From the human T2T-CHM13v2.0 reference genome, Homo sapiens: 64,000 bases of DNA. Every line of letters starts with the position of its first letter. Within the stretch, counting starts at the first letter, position 1. Made by a program: the position numbers and the translations under genes. Below, one piece after another: positions 18,107-36,275 of this stretch. The stretch lies in the NCBI RefSeq assembly GCF_009914755.1, contig NC_060934.1; one strand, written 5' to 3'. Under the pieces are notes generated by a model, which did not search any database, had not been told where the DNA came from, and worked only from the letters and a program-made list of their open reading frames with translations.

Positions 18107-18439
18107 TAAGTGTACAGTCCAGTGCCATTAAATATATTCACCATGTAGTGCAACCATTGCCCCTATACATTTCCAGAATGTTTTCTTCATCCTAAACAGA
18201 AACTCTTCACCCATTCAGCCATACATCCCCACTTCCCCCTCCCTCAGTCCTTGTAACCTCTATTCTATTTTCTGTCTCTATGAATTTGCCTTTTCTAGGC
18301 TCCACACAAGAATGGAATCACACAATATTTGTCCTTTTATGCCTGGCTTATTTCACTTAGCATAGTGATTTCAAGATTCACCCATGTTATAGCATTTGTG
18401 TCAGAATTTTGTTACTTTTTATGGCTGAGGAATATTTCT

Positions 18440-18794
<355 letters not shown>

Positions 18795-19077
18795 TTATTT
18801 CTACATTTTGGCCATTATGAACAATGTTGCCATGAATGTTGATTTACAAATATCTGTTTGAGTTTCTGTTTTTGGTTCTTTTTGGGAGTATACATCTAGA
18901 AGTGGAGTTGCTGGTCATATGGTAATTCTACATTTAGCTTTTTGAAGAACTGCTGAGCTGTTTTCCATAGTGGTTGCACTGTTTTACATTTGTACCCACA
19001 ATGCCTAAGAATTCCAGTTTCTCCACACCCTTGCCAACACCTGTTATTTTCCTTTTTTTTTTTTTTTGGACAATAGC

Positions 19078-20002
19078 TGTGATAGGTAATTTCATGTGTC
19101 AACCTGACTGGGCTGAGGGCTGCCCAGATAGCTGGTAAAACATTATTTCTGAGTGTGTCTGTGAGTGTGTTGCAGAAGAGATTAGCATTTGAATCAGTAG
19201 ACTGAGTAAAGAAGATCTCCTTCCCCAGCGTGGGCAGGCATCCTCCAATTCTTTGAGTGCCTGAATAAAACAAAAAGGCAGAGGAGGCCAGGTGTGGTGG
19301 CTCACGCCTGTAATCCCAGCACTTTGGGAGGCTGAGGCAGGCAGATCATGTGAGGTCAGGAGCTTAAGACCAGCCTGGCCAACATGGCGAAACCCTGTCT
19401 CTACTAAAAATACAAAAATTAGCCAGGTGTGGTGGTGCACACCTGTAGTCCCAGCACTTTCGGAGGCTGAGGCGGGCAGATCGCTTGAGGTCAGGAGTTT
19501 GAGACCAGCCTGGCCAACATGGCCAGAAACCCTGTCTCTACTAAAAATACAAAAATTAGCCAGGCGTGGTTGCAGTGAGCCAAGATCACACCAGTGCACT
19601 CTGGCCTGGGTGACAGAGCAAGACTTTGTATCAAAAATGAATAAATAAATAAATATATAAAATAAATACAATTAAAAATAAAAGAAAAAAAGCAGAGGAA
19701 GGGCAAATTCATTTTTCCTGCTTGAGCTGAGACATCATCTTTTTCTGCACCTGGACATCGGTGCTCCTATCTCTTGGCCTTTTAGACTTAGAGCAGGACT
19801 TACAACATTAGCTCCCTGCTTCTCAGGCCTTCAGACTCAGACTGAATTACATCACCAGCTTTCTGGTTCTTCAGCTTGCAGATGGCAGACTGGGGACTTC
19901 TTGGCCTCCATAATGACATTAACCGATTCCTGTAATAGATCTCCTTTATTGTATATCTCTCTATATGACATTGGTTCTATTTCTCTAGAGAACCCTGATA
20001 CA
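19078..20002 (+). mobile_element. MLT2 (MLT2D-like) ERVL solo LTR, interrupted by an Alu
   Basis: TG...CA termini; 5-bp TSD ATAGC/ACAGC; MLT2 hallmark TTCATGTGTCAACCTGACTGGGCT. Confidence 0.85.
19286..19685 (+). mobile_element. AluS with duplicated left arm and deleted right arm
   Basis: Two left monomers, each ending TACTAAAAATACAAAAATTAGCC, then a partial right arm. One TSD pair, AAAAA(G/A)GCAGAGGA. Confidence 0.9.
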
Positions 20003-20136
20003 ACAGCCAACCTAATGGGTGTGAAGTGGTATGTCCTAGTTTTGATTTGCATTTCTCTAAGGACTTGTGATGTTGAGCATCTTTTCATGTGCTTATTGGC
20101 CATTTGTATATCTTCTTTGAAGAAAAGTTAATTTGG

Positions 20137-20460
20137 GGCCAGACATGGTGGTTCACACCTATAATCCCAGCACTTTGAGAGGCTGAGGTGAGCAAATCAT
20201 TTGAACCTAGGAGTTTGAAACCAGCTGGACAAATGGCAAAACCCTGTCTCTACTAAAAATACAAAAAAAATTAGCTGGGTGTGGTGGCAATGCCTGTCAT
20301 CCCAGCTACTGGGGAGGCTGAGGTAGGAGGATCACTTGAGCCTGGGGAGGTCAAGGCTGCAGTGAGCAGTGAGCGCAGTGGCATGATCCCACAACTGCAC
20401 TCCAGCCTGGGCAACAGAGCAAGACCTTGTCTCAAAAAAAAAAAAAAAAAAAAAAAAAGA
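20137..20460 (+). mobile_element. AluJ
   Basis: Dimeric Alu with a long A tail. Confidence 0.88.
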
Positions 20461-20563
20461 AGGTCAATTTAAGTCTTTTATCCATTTTTGAACCAGATTG
20501 CTTTTTTTTTTTATTGTAGGAATGCTTTATATATTCTAGATATCAATCACTTATCAGATATAT

Positions 20564-20888
20564 CAGGAGTCTCTGACCCCCAGGCTACAGACAGGTACTG
20601 GTCCATGGTCTATTAGGAACCAGGCTGCACAGCAGGAGGTGAGCAGCGGGTGAGCAAGCATTTCCACCTGAGCTCTGCCTCCTGTCAGATCAGTGGTGGC
20701 ATTTGATTCTTATAGGAATGCAAACCCTATTGTGAACTGTGCATTCAAGGGAACTAGGCTGCATGCTCCTTATGAGACCCTAATGCCTGTTTCATTCCGA
20801 AACCATCCCCTTCCATCCAACCCCCATTCATGGAAAAATTATCTTCCATGAAACTGGTCCCTGGTGCCAAAAAGGTTGGGGACCGCTG
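20564..20888 (+). mobile_element. MER1B hAT-Charlie MITE, complete
   Basis: CAG...CTG termini; perfect 8-bp TSD AGATATAT at 20556-20563 and 20889-20896. Confidence 0.9.
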
Positions 20889-21261
20889 AGATATATGATT
20901 GGCAAATATTTTCTCCCATTCTGCAGGTTGTCTTTTCATTTGCTTGATAGTGTCCTTTGATACACAAAAGTTTTAAATTTTGATGAAGTCCAATTTATCT
21001 ATTTTTTTTGTCACCTGTACTTTTGATGTCATATCCCAGAAACCATCACCAAATCCAATGTCAGGAAGATTTTCCCCTGTGTTTTCTTCTAAGAGTTTTA
21101 TAGTTTTAGCTCTTACATTTAGGTCTTTGGTCCATTTTGAGTTTTGTGTATATCCAATTTTTGTATATGGGGTAAAGTAATTGTTCTTTGCATGTGGATA
21201 TCCAGTTTTCTCACCATTTATTTAAAAGACTGTCCTTTTTCCTTTGAATGGTCTGGGCACC

Positions 21262-21764
<503 letters not shown>

Positions 21765-22156
21765 TCATTGGCCATAAATAAGTTTTATTTCCGGGCTCTG
21801 TACTTTATTCAGTTGGTCTGTATGTCTGTCCTTAGGCCAGTACCAAATGGTTTTGATTACTGTAGCTTTGTAGTAAGTTTTGACATTAGGAAGTGTCAGC
21901 CCTCCAACTTTATTCCTCTTTGCCAGGATTGGATTGGCTATTTGGGGTCCTTTTTCTATACTTTTAGACTTGTCAAAGGAAAGGGGATGGGGTGAATGTG
22001 TAGAATCAGGATTCACTCTGTATTCAACAAAATTTAAAGAAGGAAATCTACAACTAGATATATATTGATAAGTATTTTAACATAAACATCTCTGTTTTAT
22101 GATGTTTCAGGAATAAAAAAGAATTATCTCAGAATATAAGTAGGAAATAAAGGTTA

Positions 22157-22556
<400 letters not shown>

Positions 22557-22841
22557 TCAAATCCAATACCCATTTCTAGAAAAACTCCTTCTTCGTGAAG
22601 AACACAAAACAGCCATAAGCCTGCATGTGCCAAACTATGCAGCAGTTAAGTAAGCACAATAACATATTTTAAAGCTACAAACAGAACTTGCAAACTAGAA
22701 AAAAAAAAAAAGGAAAACTACAATCATAGTGGGTGATCTAAACATAAATTTCAGAATTCGACAATTCAGTAGACAAAAAAAATAGACAAGGAAATTGGGG
22801 TTGAATAATTAAAATAACAAGATTATATATATATATGCATC

Positions 22842-23260
<419 letters not shown>

Positions 23261-23432
23261 TAAACACTATTAAATAACCTCTGTATTTTTAGAGTTCATA
23301 AAATGTGAAATTTAAAATTATCAACAAAAGGAGAACAAATTATATAAAACTTACAGGATGCATTTAAAACTCTTCACTAAAGAAAATATATAGACATAAA
23401 GATTTTTTTTTATTTAGAATAAAAGACTTAAA

Positions 23433-23896
<464 letters not shown>

Positions 23897-24569
23897 TCAA
23901 CCTAAGATAAAGAAACACTGATGATTAACACTGATGAACAATATTAAGCTCCTATCTGATGTATCTGAAGAAAAGAATAATAATAAAAGGAATAAAATAG
24001 ACAAGACACTATAGGGAATTTCTAAAAGATAAATATTGAAATAAATAGAAAAGAAAAATTGGTGAAAAAATTTAATAAAACCAAACTTTATCTTCTATAA
24101 AAGATAAAGAGTTCGCCCCCAAACAAGCCCGGATAAGATTGAGAGAGTAGAAAAGAAGCTAAAATATACAATATTAGGAAGAAGAGATATGATATAACCA
24201 CAGATATTGAAGAGATGAAAAGAATTATAGGTGAGTATAATGTGCAACTCTATGGCAGTAGATTTGAAAAAACTAGAGGAGTGAATCATTTTCTAGAAGA
24301 TTATGTTATCAAAACTAATTTTAAAAATATCGCAAATAGGTCTGTAACCATATGCAAGATTAAAATGTGATTAAAAGTCTATGACTCAGTACAACTCAAT
24401 AATAAAAAGACAACTCAATTAAAAATTGGGCAAAGAACCTGAAAAGATATTTCCCCAAGGAAGATAAACAAATCGCCAAATTGTCAACATCATCAGAGAA
24501 ATGCAAATTAAAACTACGATGAAATGCTACTTCACATCCACTAGGATGGCTAGAATGAAAAAGCCAGAT

Positions 24570-24867
24570 AGCTGGGCACTATGGCTCATGCCTGTAATCC
24601 CAGCACTTCTGGAGGCTGAGGTGGGCAAATGGCCTGTGCCCAGGAATTCGAGACCAGCAAGGCAATATAGTGAGACCCTGTCTCTACAAAAATAAAAGTT
24701 AGCCCAGTGTGGTGGTGCATGCCTGTAGTCCCAGCTACTCAGAAGACTGAGATGGGAGGATTGTTGGAGACTGGGAGGTTGAGGCTGCTATGAGCCATGA
24801 TTACACCACTGTACCACCTGGGTGACAGAGTGAGACCCTGTCTCAAAAAAAAAAAAAAAAAAAAAAA
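24570..24867 (+). mobile_element. AluJ
   Basis: Degenerate dimeric Alu flanked by AAAAAGCCAGAT repeats. Confidence 0.85.
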
Positions 24868-25252
24868 GCCAGATTATAGCAAGCATTGGTGAGAATATGG
24901 AGAAATTGGAACCTTTATACATTGCAGTTGGGAATGTAAAATAGTGCAGCCACTCTGAAAAACAGTCTGGCAGTTACTCAAATGATTAAATATAGAGTTT
25001 CCATATGACACAGCAATTTTATTCCTAGGTATATGCCTAAGAGAAATGAAAACATATGTTCACAGAAAAATTTGTACACAAATGTTTATGGCAACATTAT
25101 TCATGGTGATCAAAAACCAGAAACAACCCAAATGTTCATCAATGAACAAATGGATAAATAAGTTGTGTTATGTCCATACAGTGGAATGTTATTTGGCCAT
25201 AAAAGGTACTGAAATTCTAATACATACTACAGCACTGGATGAACCTTTAAAA

Positions 25253-25754
<502 letters not shown>

Positions 25755-26011
25755 CTTTAGAACATTATGCTAAATGAAATAAGCCAATTGCAAAAGACCA
25801 CAGAACTATGTGTTTAGATTCATATGAAATGTGTAGCATAAGAGTTTATGGAGACAGAAGGTAGATTCATGATTGCTTGGGACTGTGGGTGGGGATAGGA
25901 AAATTAGGGGGGTGACAGCTAAAGGATATGGAGCTGCTTTTTGAGGTGATGAAAATGTTTTAATTTACTTTGATGACGGTTATATATATCTGAATATACT
26001 AAAAACCATTG

Positions 26012-27438
26012 TGTTGGGGGATCTTTGGGGTGTCACTCTTCTGGCTGGAAACCTCTGTGGCCAGTGGTGCTTTTGCCCAAGTTTTGCTCGGGCTCACTTG
26101 GCCTGGCGCACTGCACTCATGCTATCCGCCCGGATCCCATGCCTACCAAGGGCCAATCAGGTGTGGAGCGGCCAGGAGTATGTGAGCAAGCGTGGAGTCT
26201 GGTCACTGTGCACAGTTGGACACTGGCTGCTGCCGCGGGGCAGGCAGCTTCAGGTGCCATGTTTCTGTGACGCTGTGGCTGGGGCAGGCGCACTGCAAGC
26301 AGCTTCCCTGGCTGGCATTGGGGAATGCAGTGTCACCTGGAAACTTGGAGACGCCAGGCACTGCAGGACCCCAAAGAGGGATACCCAGCTCTGGCTGGGG
26401 AGCTCCCAGGTCTGGGCTCCCTAAAGGGCAGCAGCTCTTCTCTCCTCTTCGCCCACAACATGGTGGGCAAGGGGCCCACCCTGTTTGTGTTACAGTTTCA
26501 ACCCTGTTGGTGTTACAGCTCTTTTAGGGTGGCAGCTCTTCTCTCCTCTTCACCCACAACATGGCAGGCAAGGGGCCTGCCCTGTTGGTGTTACAGTTTC
26601 AGCCCTATTGGTTACAGCTCTTTTAGCCCCACCATTCAGTGGCTTTCAAGTTCTTGTCCTGTGACCAGGAAGAATGAGATATGCAGACAAGTGGAGGATG
26701 AGCAAGGTGAAGAGGAGTTTTATTGAGCAATGGAACAGCTCACAGAAGCCCCACAGAGGATAGCTGCTTTCCGCAGCCAGGGTATCCTGATGAGGGTGCC
26801 CTGATGAGAATGCTGAGCTGCTAGCAGAGAGGAGACCCTGGAGTAGATTGCCCCTCTTTGCAGCTGTTTGCCCCGTCTCATGCTCAGCTCTGGCTAAGCC
26901 TAGGGCTTTTATGGGCCTCAGAGGGGAGGAAGTATATGCTGATCGGTCCATGGGCAGCCATAGGCGGGCCTGGAAAAGGCACCACAAGTTCCCACTCCAG
27001 TCCGTGGGACCGGCAACCCAGCCCCCAGCTTTCAGACCCTCCCTGGCCTGAAGGTGGGGCCTCACTGGGAATCCGCCCCCTTCTGCCCAGGAATTTGTCT
27101 GCTGTTCATGGTGCCCCGGCTCTGCCAGATTTTCTCCAAGATTGGAGTGGGTGCCAACAGCAGGGAGAAGCCAGGCAGTGGGAGCAGGCACTTCTGAGCC
27201 TGCAAGGGAAGTGAGTCCTTCCCGGGTTCCCAAGAGTACAGTGATGCCTGAGTCTGCAGCTACAGTTTGGGTGGCTGCAGTGGCACCTGGAGAATTCCCA
27301 CCGCAACTCAGAAGGAGCAGGGCCCCCACTTGTTTTTGGCTCCCACTGGCTCCATGGAGGTGCAACCCCATGGCTCATCCCCGCTGCAGCAAGTGTGATA
27401 GCAGCTGGCCCAGCCATCTGAAGTACCCACTGCCATCA
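26012..27438 (-). mobile_element. MER52 family (ERV1) solo LTR
   Basis: TG...CA termini; perfect 4-bp TSD ATTG (26008-26011, 27439-27442); GC-rich 1.43 kb; minus-strand AATAAA at 26719-26724. Confidence 0.85.
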
Positions 27439-27742
27439 ATTGCGCAGTACATTTTAAATAGGTGAATTGTATGGCATATGAATTATATCTCAATTAAACT
27501 GTTAGAAAATCCATGACTTAGAAATGTATCAACTCTGGATGATTTTACAGCTCTCTATACTATTAATAAGGTAATATTAACTTCTGTAACTTCCCTCCTT
27601 ATATCTCAGGGGCTTAGCACAATGGAAGTTTACCTTCTACTCACATAAAGACCAAAACAATGTTTCTCATTGTTAGGTGACAATCTCCCAATGGTATTTC
27701 AAGATTCCATGTTACTCCCATCTTATGTGTCTACTATCTTTA

Positions 27743-28172
27743 TTTTTTTATTAGTTTACTTTATTTCAATCATTTTTGGGGAACAGGTGGTTTTTGGTTA
27801 CATGGATTAATTCTTTAGTGATTTCTCAGATTTTGGTGCACCCATCATACAAACAGTGTACACTGTACCCAATGTGTAGTCTTTTATTCCTCACCCCCCT
27901 CCCACCCTTCCCCCGCAAGTCCCCAAAGTCCATTATCATTCTTATGCCTTTGCATCCTCATAGCTTAGCTCCCACTTATAAGTGAGAACACATGACATTT
28001 GGTTTTCCTTTCCTGAGTTATTTCACTTAGAATAATGGTCTCAAGCTCCATCCAGGTTGCTGCAAATGCCATTATTTCATTCTTTTTTATGGCAGAGTAA
28101 TATTCCATGGTGTGTGTGTGTTTATATATAGGTATCTCACATTTTCTTTATCCACTCATTGGTTGATGGATA
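27743..28172 (-). mobile_element. L1PB 3' end inserted in an MLT1-like LTR
   Basis: L1PB-type 3'UTR; 13-bp TSD TCTACTATCTTTA at 27730-27742 and 28173-28185. Confidence 0.85.
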
Positions 28173-28567
28173 TCTACTATCTTTAACAGATGGTTCCAAG
28201 GTCATTGCAAAAGAAGATGCAAAGAGGATGGAAAATTGAAGGTTCCTATGCCTCAGGTCTGGAAAGGATCTGCTTCTGCCCTGTTCCATCAGCCAGAACT
28301 CAGTCACATGGTACCCTAACAACAAGCAAAGCTGAGAACTCTAGTCTAGTGTGGGCCCAGGAGATAGAAGAACTGTTGAGTCCTTATCAAATTTTAACAA
28401 AATGGAAACTTTGTTATTCTAATTATTCCAGATGGTTGAAAAACATTGCTAGCCACTTTATAAAGCAAACATGACCTTAATAACAAAATCTGATGAGTAA
28501 GTTCCCAAAATATTATAGACCTAAAGTCCGTAAAATGGCCTAAAAAATTATAGACCAATTTCACTTA

Positions 28568-29005
<438 letters not shown>

Positions 29006-29373
29006 TCAATAAATGCTAAAAATACTACTTATAAAATTCCAAAGTGATCTCTTACAACAACTCTAACATAGGAATATGAAGATTATAACTAGACAGGATT
29101 AAAGCTGGGATTGGAATAAAAACTGCTCGGAACAGGAAAAATAAAGATGAAGTAAAGAGCTGATCTAGGTAAAAATGGAGCAAGGGAAACAGAACTAGGA
29201 AATCTAAGCAAGCAAGCCACTATATTTTTAACACTATGTAGACACAACAGAAGAGACTGATGTAGTCATAGAAAATACCTTGACTATTGCTTTTTCTAAA
29301 AGTTCAGGAAAACTAATTTCACATAAAAATAAATAAGAAATACTGAGGTCAAATCTTATTCAAAAGTATTATA

Positions 29374-29675
29374 GGCTGGGTGTGGTGGCTTATGCCTGTA
29401 ATCCCAGCACTTTGGGAGGCCGAGGCAAGTGGATCTCTTGAGCACAGCAGTTTGAGACCAGCCTGGGCAACACGGCAAAACCCCGTCTCTACTAAAAACA
29501 CAAAAACTATCTGTGCATGGTGGTGGGTGCCTGTAGTCCCAGCTACTCAGGAGGCTGAGGTGGGAGGATCACCTGAGTCTGGGAGGTCAAGTCTGTGGTG
29601 AGACATGATTGTGCCACTGCACTCCAGCCTGGGTGACACAGTGAGACTGTCTCAAAAAGCAAACAAACAAACAAC
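29374..29675 (+). mobile_element. Alu (J or old S)
   Basis: Dimeric Alu consensus. Confidence 0.88.
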
Positions 29676-29754
29676 CCCAAAGTATTGTAAGAAAAAAGAG
29701 AATAAGGGGGAGAATAATATTACTACAAACAAAAAAAGCATGCCAGAAAGATAT

Positions 29755-31740
29755 ACCTGCACAAAAGGTCAATAAATGTGGTATAGCACATAAACAGAAT
29801 TAAAAACAAAAATCACACGATTATCTCAATAGATGCAGAAAAAACATTCAACAAAATCCAGCATCACTTTACAATTAAAACTCAGCAAAACTGGCATACA
29901 AGGGACTTCCCTCAATGTAACAAAAGCCACCTATGACAAATCAAGAACTCAACCCCTTTTACATAGCTGCAAAACAAACAAACAAACAAAACAAAACAAA
30001 AAAAAAACAAAAAAAAAAACTTAGGAATATTAACAAAGAAGGTGAAAGACCTCTACAAGGAAAGCTAAAAAACACTGCTGAAAGAAATCATAGATGACAC
30101 AAACAGATGGAAACACATCCCATGCTCATGGATGGGCAGAATTAATATTGTGAAAATGACCATACTGCCAAAAGCAATCTACAAATTCAATGCAATTCCC
30201 CTAAAAATACCATCATCATTCTTCACAGTTAAAAAAATTGTTTTAGAATATGGAACCAAAAAAGAGCCCACATAGCCAAAGCAAGACTAAGCAAAAAGAA
30301 CATATCTGGAGGCATCACACTACCTGATTTCAAACTATACTATAAGGCCGTAGTCACCAAAACAGCATGGTGCTGGTATAAAAATAGGCACATAGGCCAA
30401 TGGAACAGAATAGAGAACCCAGAAATAAACCCAGATACTTACAGCCAACTGATCTTCAACAAAGCAAACAAAAACATAACATGGGGAAAGGACACCCTTT
30501 TCAACGAATTGTGCTAGGATAATTGGCAAGCCGCATGTAGGAGAATGAAACTCGACCTTCATCTCTCACCTTATACAAAAATCAACTCAAGATGGATTAA
30601 GGATTTAAATCTAAGACTTGAAACTATAAAAATTCTAGAAGATAACATCGGACAAACCCTTATAGACATTGGCTTAGGCGAGGATTTCATGACCAAGAAC
30701 CCAAAAGCAAATGCAATAAAAACAAAGATAAATTGCTAGGACTTAATTAAACTAAAGAGCCTTTGCACAGCAAAGGAACAGTCAGCAGAGTAAACAGACA
30801 ACCCACAGAGTGGGAGAAAATCTTCACAATCTATACATCTGACAAAGGACTAATATCCAGAATCTACAATGAACTCAAACAAATCATCAAGAAAAAAGCA
30901 AACAATCCCATCAAAAAGTGGCCTAAGAACATGAATAAATTCTCAAAAGAAGGTATACAAATGCCCAACAAACATATGAAAAAATGCTCAGCATCACCAA
31001 CAATCAGGGAAAAGCAAATCAAATTGCAATGCGTTACCACCTTAGTCCTGCAAGAATGGTCATAATCAAAAAATCAAAAAACAGTAGATGCTGGTGTGGA
31101 TGCGGTGATCAGGGAACACTTCTCTACTGCTGGTGGGAATGTAAACTAGTACAACCACTATGGAAAACAGTGTGGGGAGTCCTTAAAGAACTAAAAGTAG
31201 CACTACCATTTGATCCAGCAATCCCACTACTAGAGGAAAAGAAGTCATTATATGAAAAAGATACTTGCAGATGCATGTTTATAGCAGCACAATTTGCAAT
31301 TGCAAAATCATGGAACCAACTCAAATGCCCATCAATCAATGAGTGGATAAAGAAACTGTGATATATATATATATAAAACGGAATACTAAGCCATAAAAAG
31401 GAATGAATTAATGGCATTCACAGCAACCTAGATGAGATTGGAGACTATTATTCTAAGTGAAGTAACTCAGGAATGGAAACCCAAACATCGTTTGTTCTCA
31501 CTGACATGTGGGAGCCAAGCTATGAGGAAACACAGGCATAAGAATGATAAAATGGACTTTGGTGGCTTGCGGGGAAGGGGGAGAGTGGGCAAGGAATAAA
31601 AGATTACAAATAGGGTGCAGTGTATACTGCTGGGATGATGGGTGCACCAAAATCTCACAAATCCCCACTAAATAACTTACTCATGCAACCAAACACCATC
31701 CATACCCCAATAACTTATGGAAAAAGAAAAAATATAGAAA
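29755..31740 (+). mobile_element. L1PB 3' half with an internal deletion at about 29940
   Basis: ORF2 peptides ([35 protein letters not shown]) followed by an L1PB 3'UTR and A-rich tail. Confidence 0.9.
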
Positions 31741-31747
31741 AAAGAAA

Positions 31748-32070
31748 ATTAATCAAACCCAAGGACGGGTTCATGGGAACCCCAATTTATAGTCAGTTGG
31801 TCAGAAGCACAGGTAAAACAACCTAGGGCTTGTGATTGGCATCAAAAGTGGGGAGCAGTCTTTGCGTACTGAGTGCTCAACCTGTGTTATCTGATGCTGT
31901 ATCAAGGTAGATAGTGTCAGAATTGAATTAGTGGACACCCAGATGGCGTCTGCTGCAGAATTGATTGCTTGTTTGGTGTTCTGGAAAAACCCACAGACAT
32001 TTGGTCATAGATGTATTCTTTATTAGATGTGGCATGGGAGCAGAGGAAAAACAGTTTGTGTTTTCCACAC
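31748..32070 (+). mobile_element. MER21-like LTR fragment
   Basis: AATCAAACCCAAGG...GGGAACCCCAATTTATAGTCAGTTGGTCAGAAGCACAGG resembles the MER21 3' half. Confidence 0.65.
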
Positions 32071-32758
32071 AATACTCTAGGAAAATTACTAGGCTTTGAA
32101 GAAAAATAAAAATTCTCTGGTCATCTAGGCAAAAAAACTCCTTAAGTTAGAAGTGAAAGAAAATTGGATTATTATCATACTTTTAGGCAGTAATACTTCA
32201 TGCCAGAAGAAAATGGAGTAACATATTTAAGATCTTCAATGAAAGAAAGTGTAAACCAAGGATTTTATATCCAGCAAAGGTGACTTTTAAGTACAAAAGC
32301 AGAGACAAACTGTTACCAACATGTGGGAACTCAGGGAACATTGTTTCCATTGCCCCTTCCTGTGGAATCTACTAGAGGAGCTTCAGACAACCAGAAAGAA
32401 TAGAGAGACACCAGCGTAAAGACTGGTGGTGAATGTTAACATATAGATACTTGTAGAATGTAATGGTTATATGATCTGATTGTGTAATTATGGTACAATC
32501 CCCCAAAATAATGGGGGCACAAGGATAATGAAAGAGCTTATCAAAAATATTTTAAAACATTTTCAATAATCATATCGGTGGTGATAGTATTAGTATGACT
32601 ATTCTGATACTGTTGTGTGTACAATGTGGAAAAAAGCAAATGAGTGTTTATGAGATTTCTAATCAGTTGATCCTCTGTGTATGCCAGAATTCTTGGCATG
32701 GAAGAAAGAAGATACAGATGTAATATAGTAGATGTTAAATAGAAACTCTATAATATTG

Positions 32759-33055
32759 GGCCAGGTGTAGTGGCTCATGTCTGTAATCCCTGCACCTTGG
32801 GAGGCTGAGGTGGGAGGATTGTCTGAGGCCCGGAGTTTGAGACCAGCCTGGGCAACAGAGTGAGACCCTGTATCTTAAAAAAAAAAAAAAAAAGCACGGT
32901 ATGGTGGTGCACACCTGTGGTCCTAGCTACTCGGGAGGCTGAGTGTTAGAGGATTGCTTGGGCCCAGGAGGTCGAGGCTGCAGTGAGCTGTGTTCATGCC
33001 AGTGCATTCCAGGTTGGGTGACAGGGTGAGATTCTGTCTCAAAAAACAACAAAAC
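32759..33055 (+). mobile_element. AluJ within old L1M sequence
   Basis: Degenerate dimeric Alu. Confidence 0.85.
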
Positions 33056-34526
33056 CCCAAATTCTAATATTGAATTTGAATTGGAAAACCCCGTATGAAC
33101 TGTTGAGGTATTTTATCTTAAAATATTTACATATTTTATTTCTATTTTCTAGTTCTGTTGACCAAAAACATCTGGGCATAATGACCACCCAAATGCGGTG
33201 AGCATTCCTAGGACCAAGATTATAGCACTGAAATACCCTTTCCTATGAAAAATAAACCAGGCTTTTAGAGAAATATTGTGAGAGGAATCTGGAATATCTT
33301 ATCATACCAGACAGAGAGGAACTTCTTAAGCCACAAAGGTTATGTCAAAAGGACCCAGGAGTCAACTTGAAGAGGCTCCCAGTAGCCAAAATGGGACAAT
33401 GTGAGCTTCAATGAGGATAATAATTATAATGGACTGAAATCTATCAAATGCTTAACCCATGAGTTAATAATAATACTAAAAAAATAAAACCCACAAACCA
33501 ATTTGTCTTTTTTGGAGGGTGACAGAGAAGCAATGCGTTGTCTTAGATCCTGATAATTAAAGGGAAAGAATCAAGCATTTATGCCACTTCTCTTATATGA
33601 ACAGTACCATGGAGTAACCAAATAATAAACACCTTATAAAGTCATTCTAGCTAAGAAATAGAATATCTGGTGTGATTTGAAAGCTTTCACCTTCAGTGTC
33701 TAGGGCCAGCTTTCTGCCCCTGGCACCCACACCCAACTCCCTGAGGCTATGGTTCCATTTATTTCTATGCATCCTGGCCCTCACTCTCATCTGACACATG
33801 CCCTTACATTCAGGAGATGCTCAATAAATCCTCTGTAGAGTGATGTGAACCCAGTCCAGAGTGAGACTTGGAGGATATGTGGCTTTGGGGGATAGAGAGC
33901 CTGCTCGCTGTCCATCCCTCATCTCAAGGAAGAGCTGCAGAGATTTTCTCCCAACTCTCTCCCACTGTCCCAGGGGTTGTGGGGGCAAATCCTGTGCCTT
34001 TTCCTAAAAACCAGACCCAGAGGAGTTCAGAAATGGCAGGGATGGAGCATCTTCGAACCTGAACTTACTTAGTAGGAGGGAAGGCCGGAGGTCGCTTAGT
34101 TCATCCCACTGCCACCAATTCATGTACAGGATTGAGGAAGCCACCTTTTTGGGAATAAAAATGTTTGACATCCTGTCATCAAGCACTGGGCCAAGGGAAC
34201 TCAGTGAACAGGTTCTATTTGACACTTCACTGTAACCTATCCCTTCCTGACTCCAGCCCCAGATCAATTGCTACCTCAATTAGTGAATTAGAGCATGTTA
34301 ATGACTCCATGGGAGCCATCTCAAGGTTCTGATCTGGCATTTGACCAGTATTATATTGTCATGTAAGAGTCACACATGCTCATTGACCATTCCTTCAGAT
34401 AGTATTTTTTGGCCATCTTCCAGGTACCAGACACTATGCTAGGCATTGAAATACAGAGGGATGAAGAAATGGTGCCTGTCCCCAAGGGTTTCATAGTCTA
34501 CTGGGGTAAAGAGATGGTACAGTGGG

Positions 34527-36275
<1,749 letters not shown>

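Noticed and set aside
26646-27371. Longest ORF in the window (241 aa, minus strand)
   Set aside because: Lies entirely inside the GC-rich MER52 LTR and shows no recognisable domain; best explained as a chance ORF.
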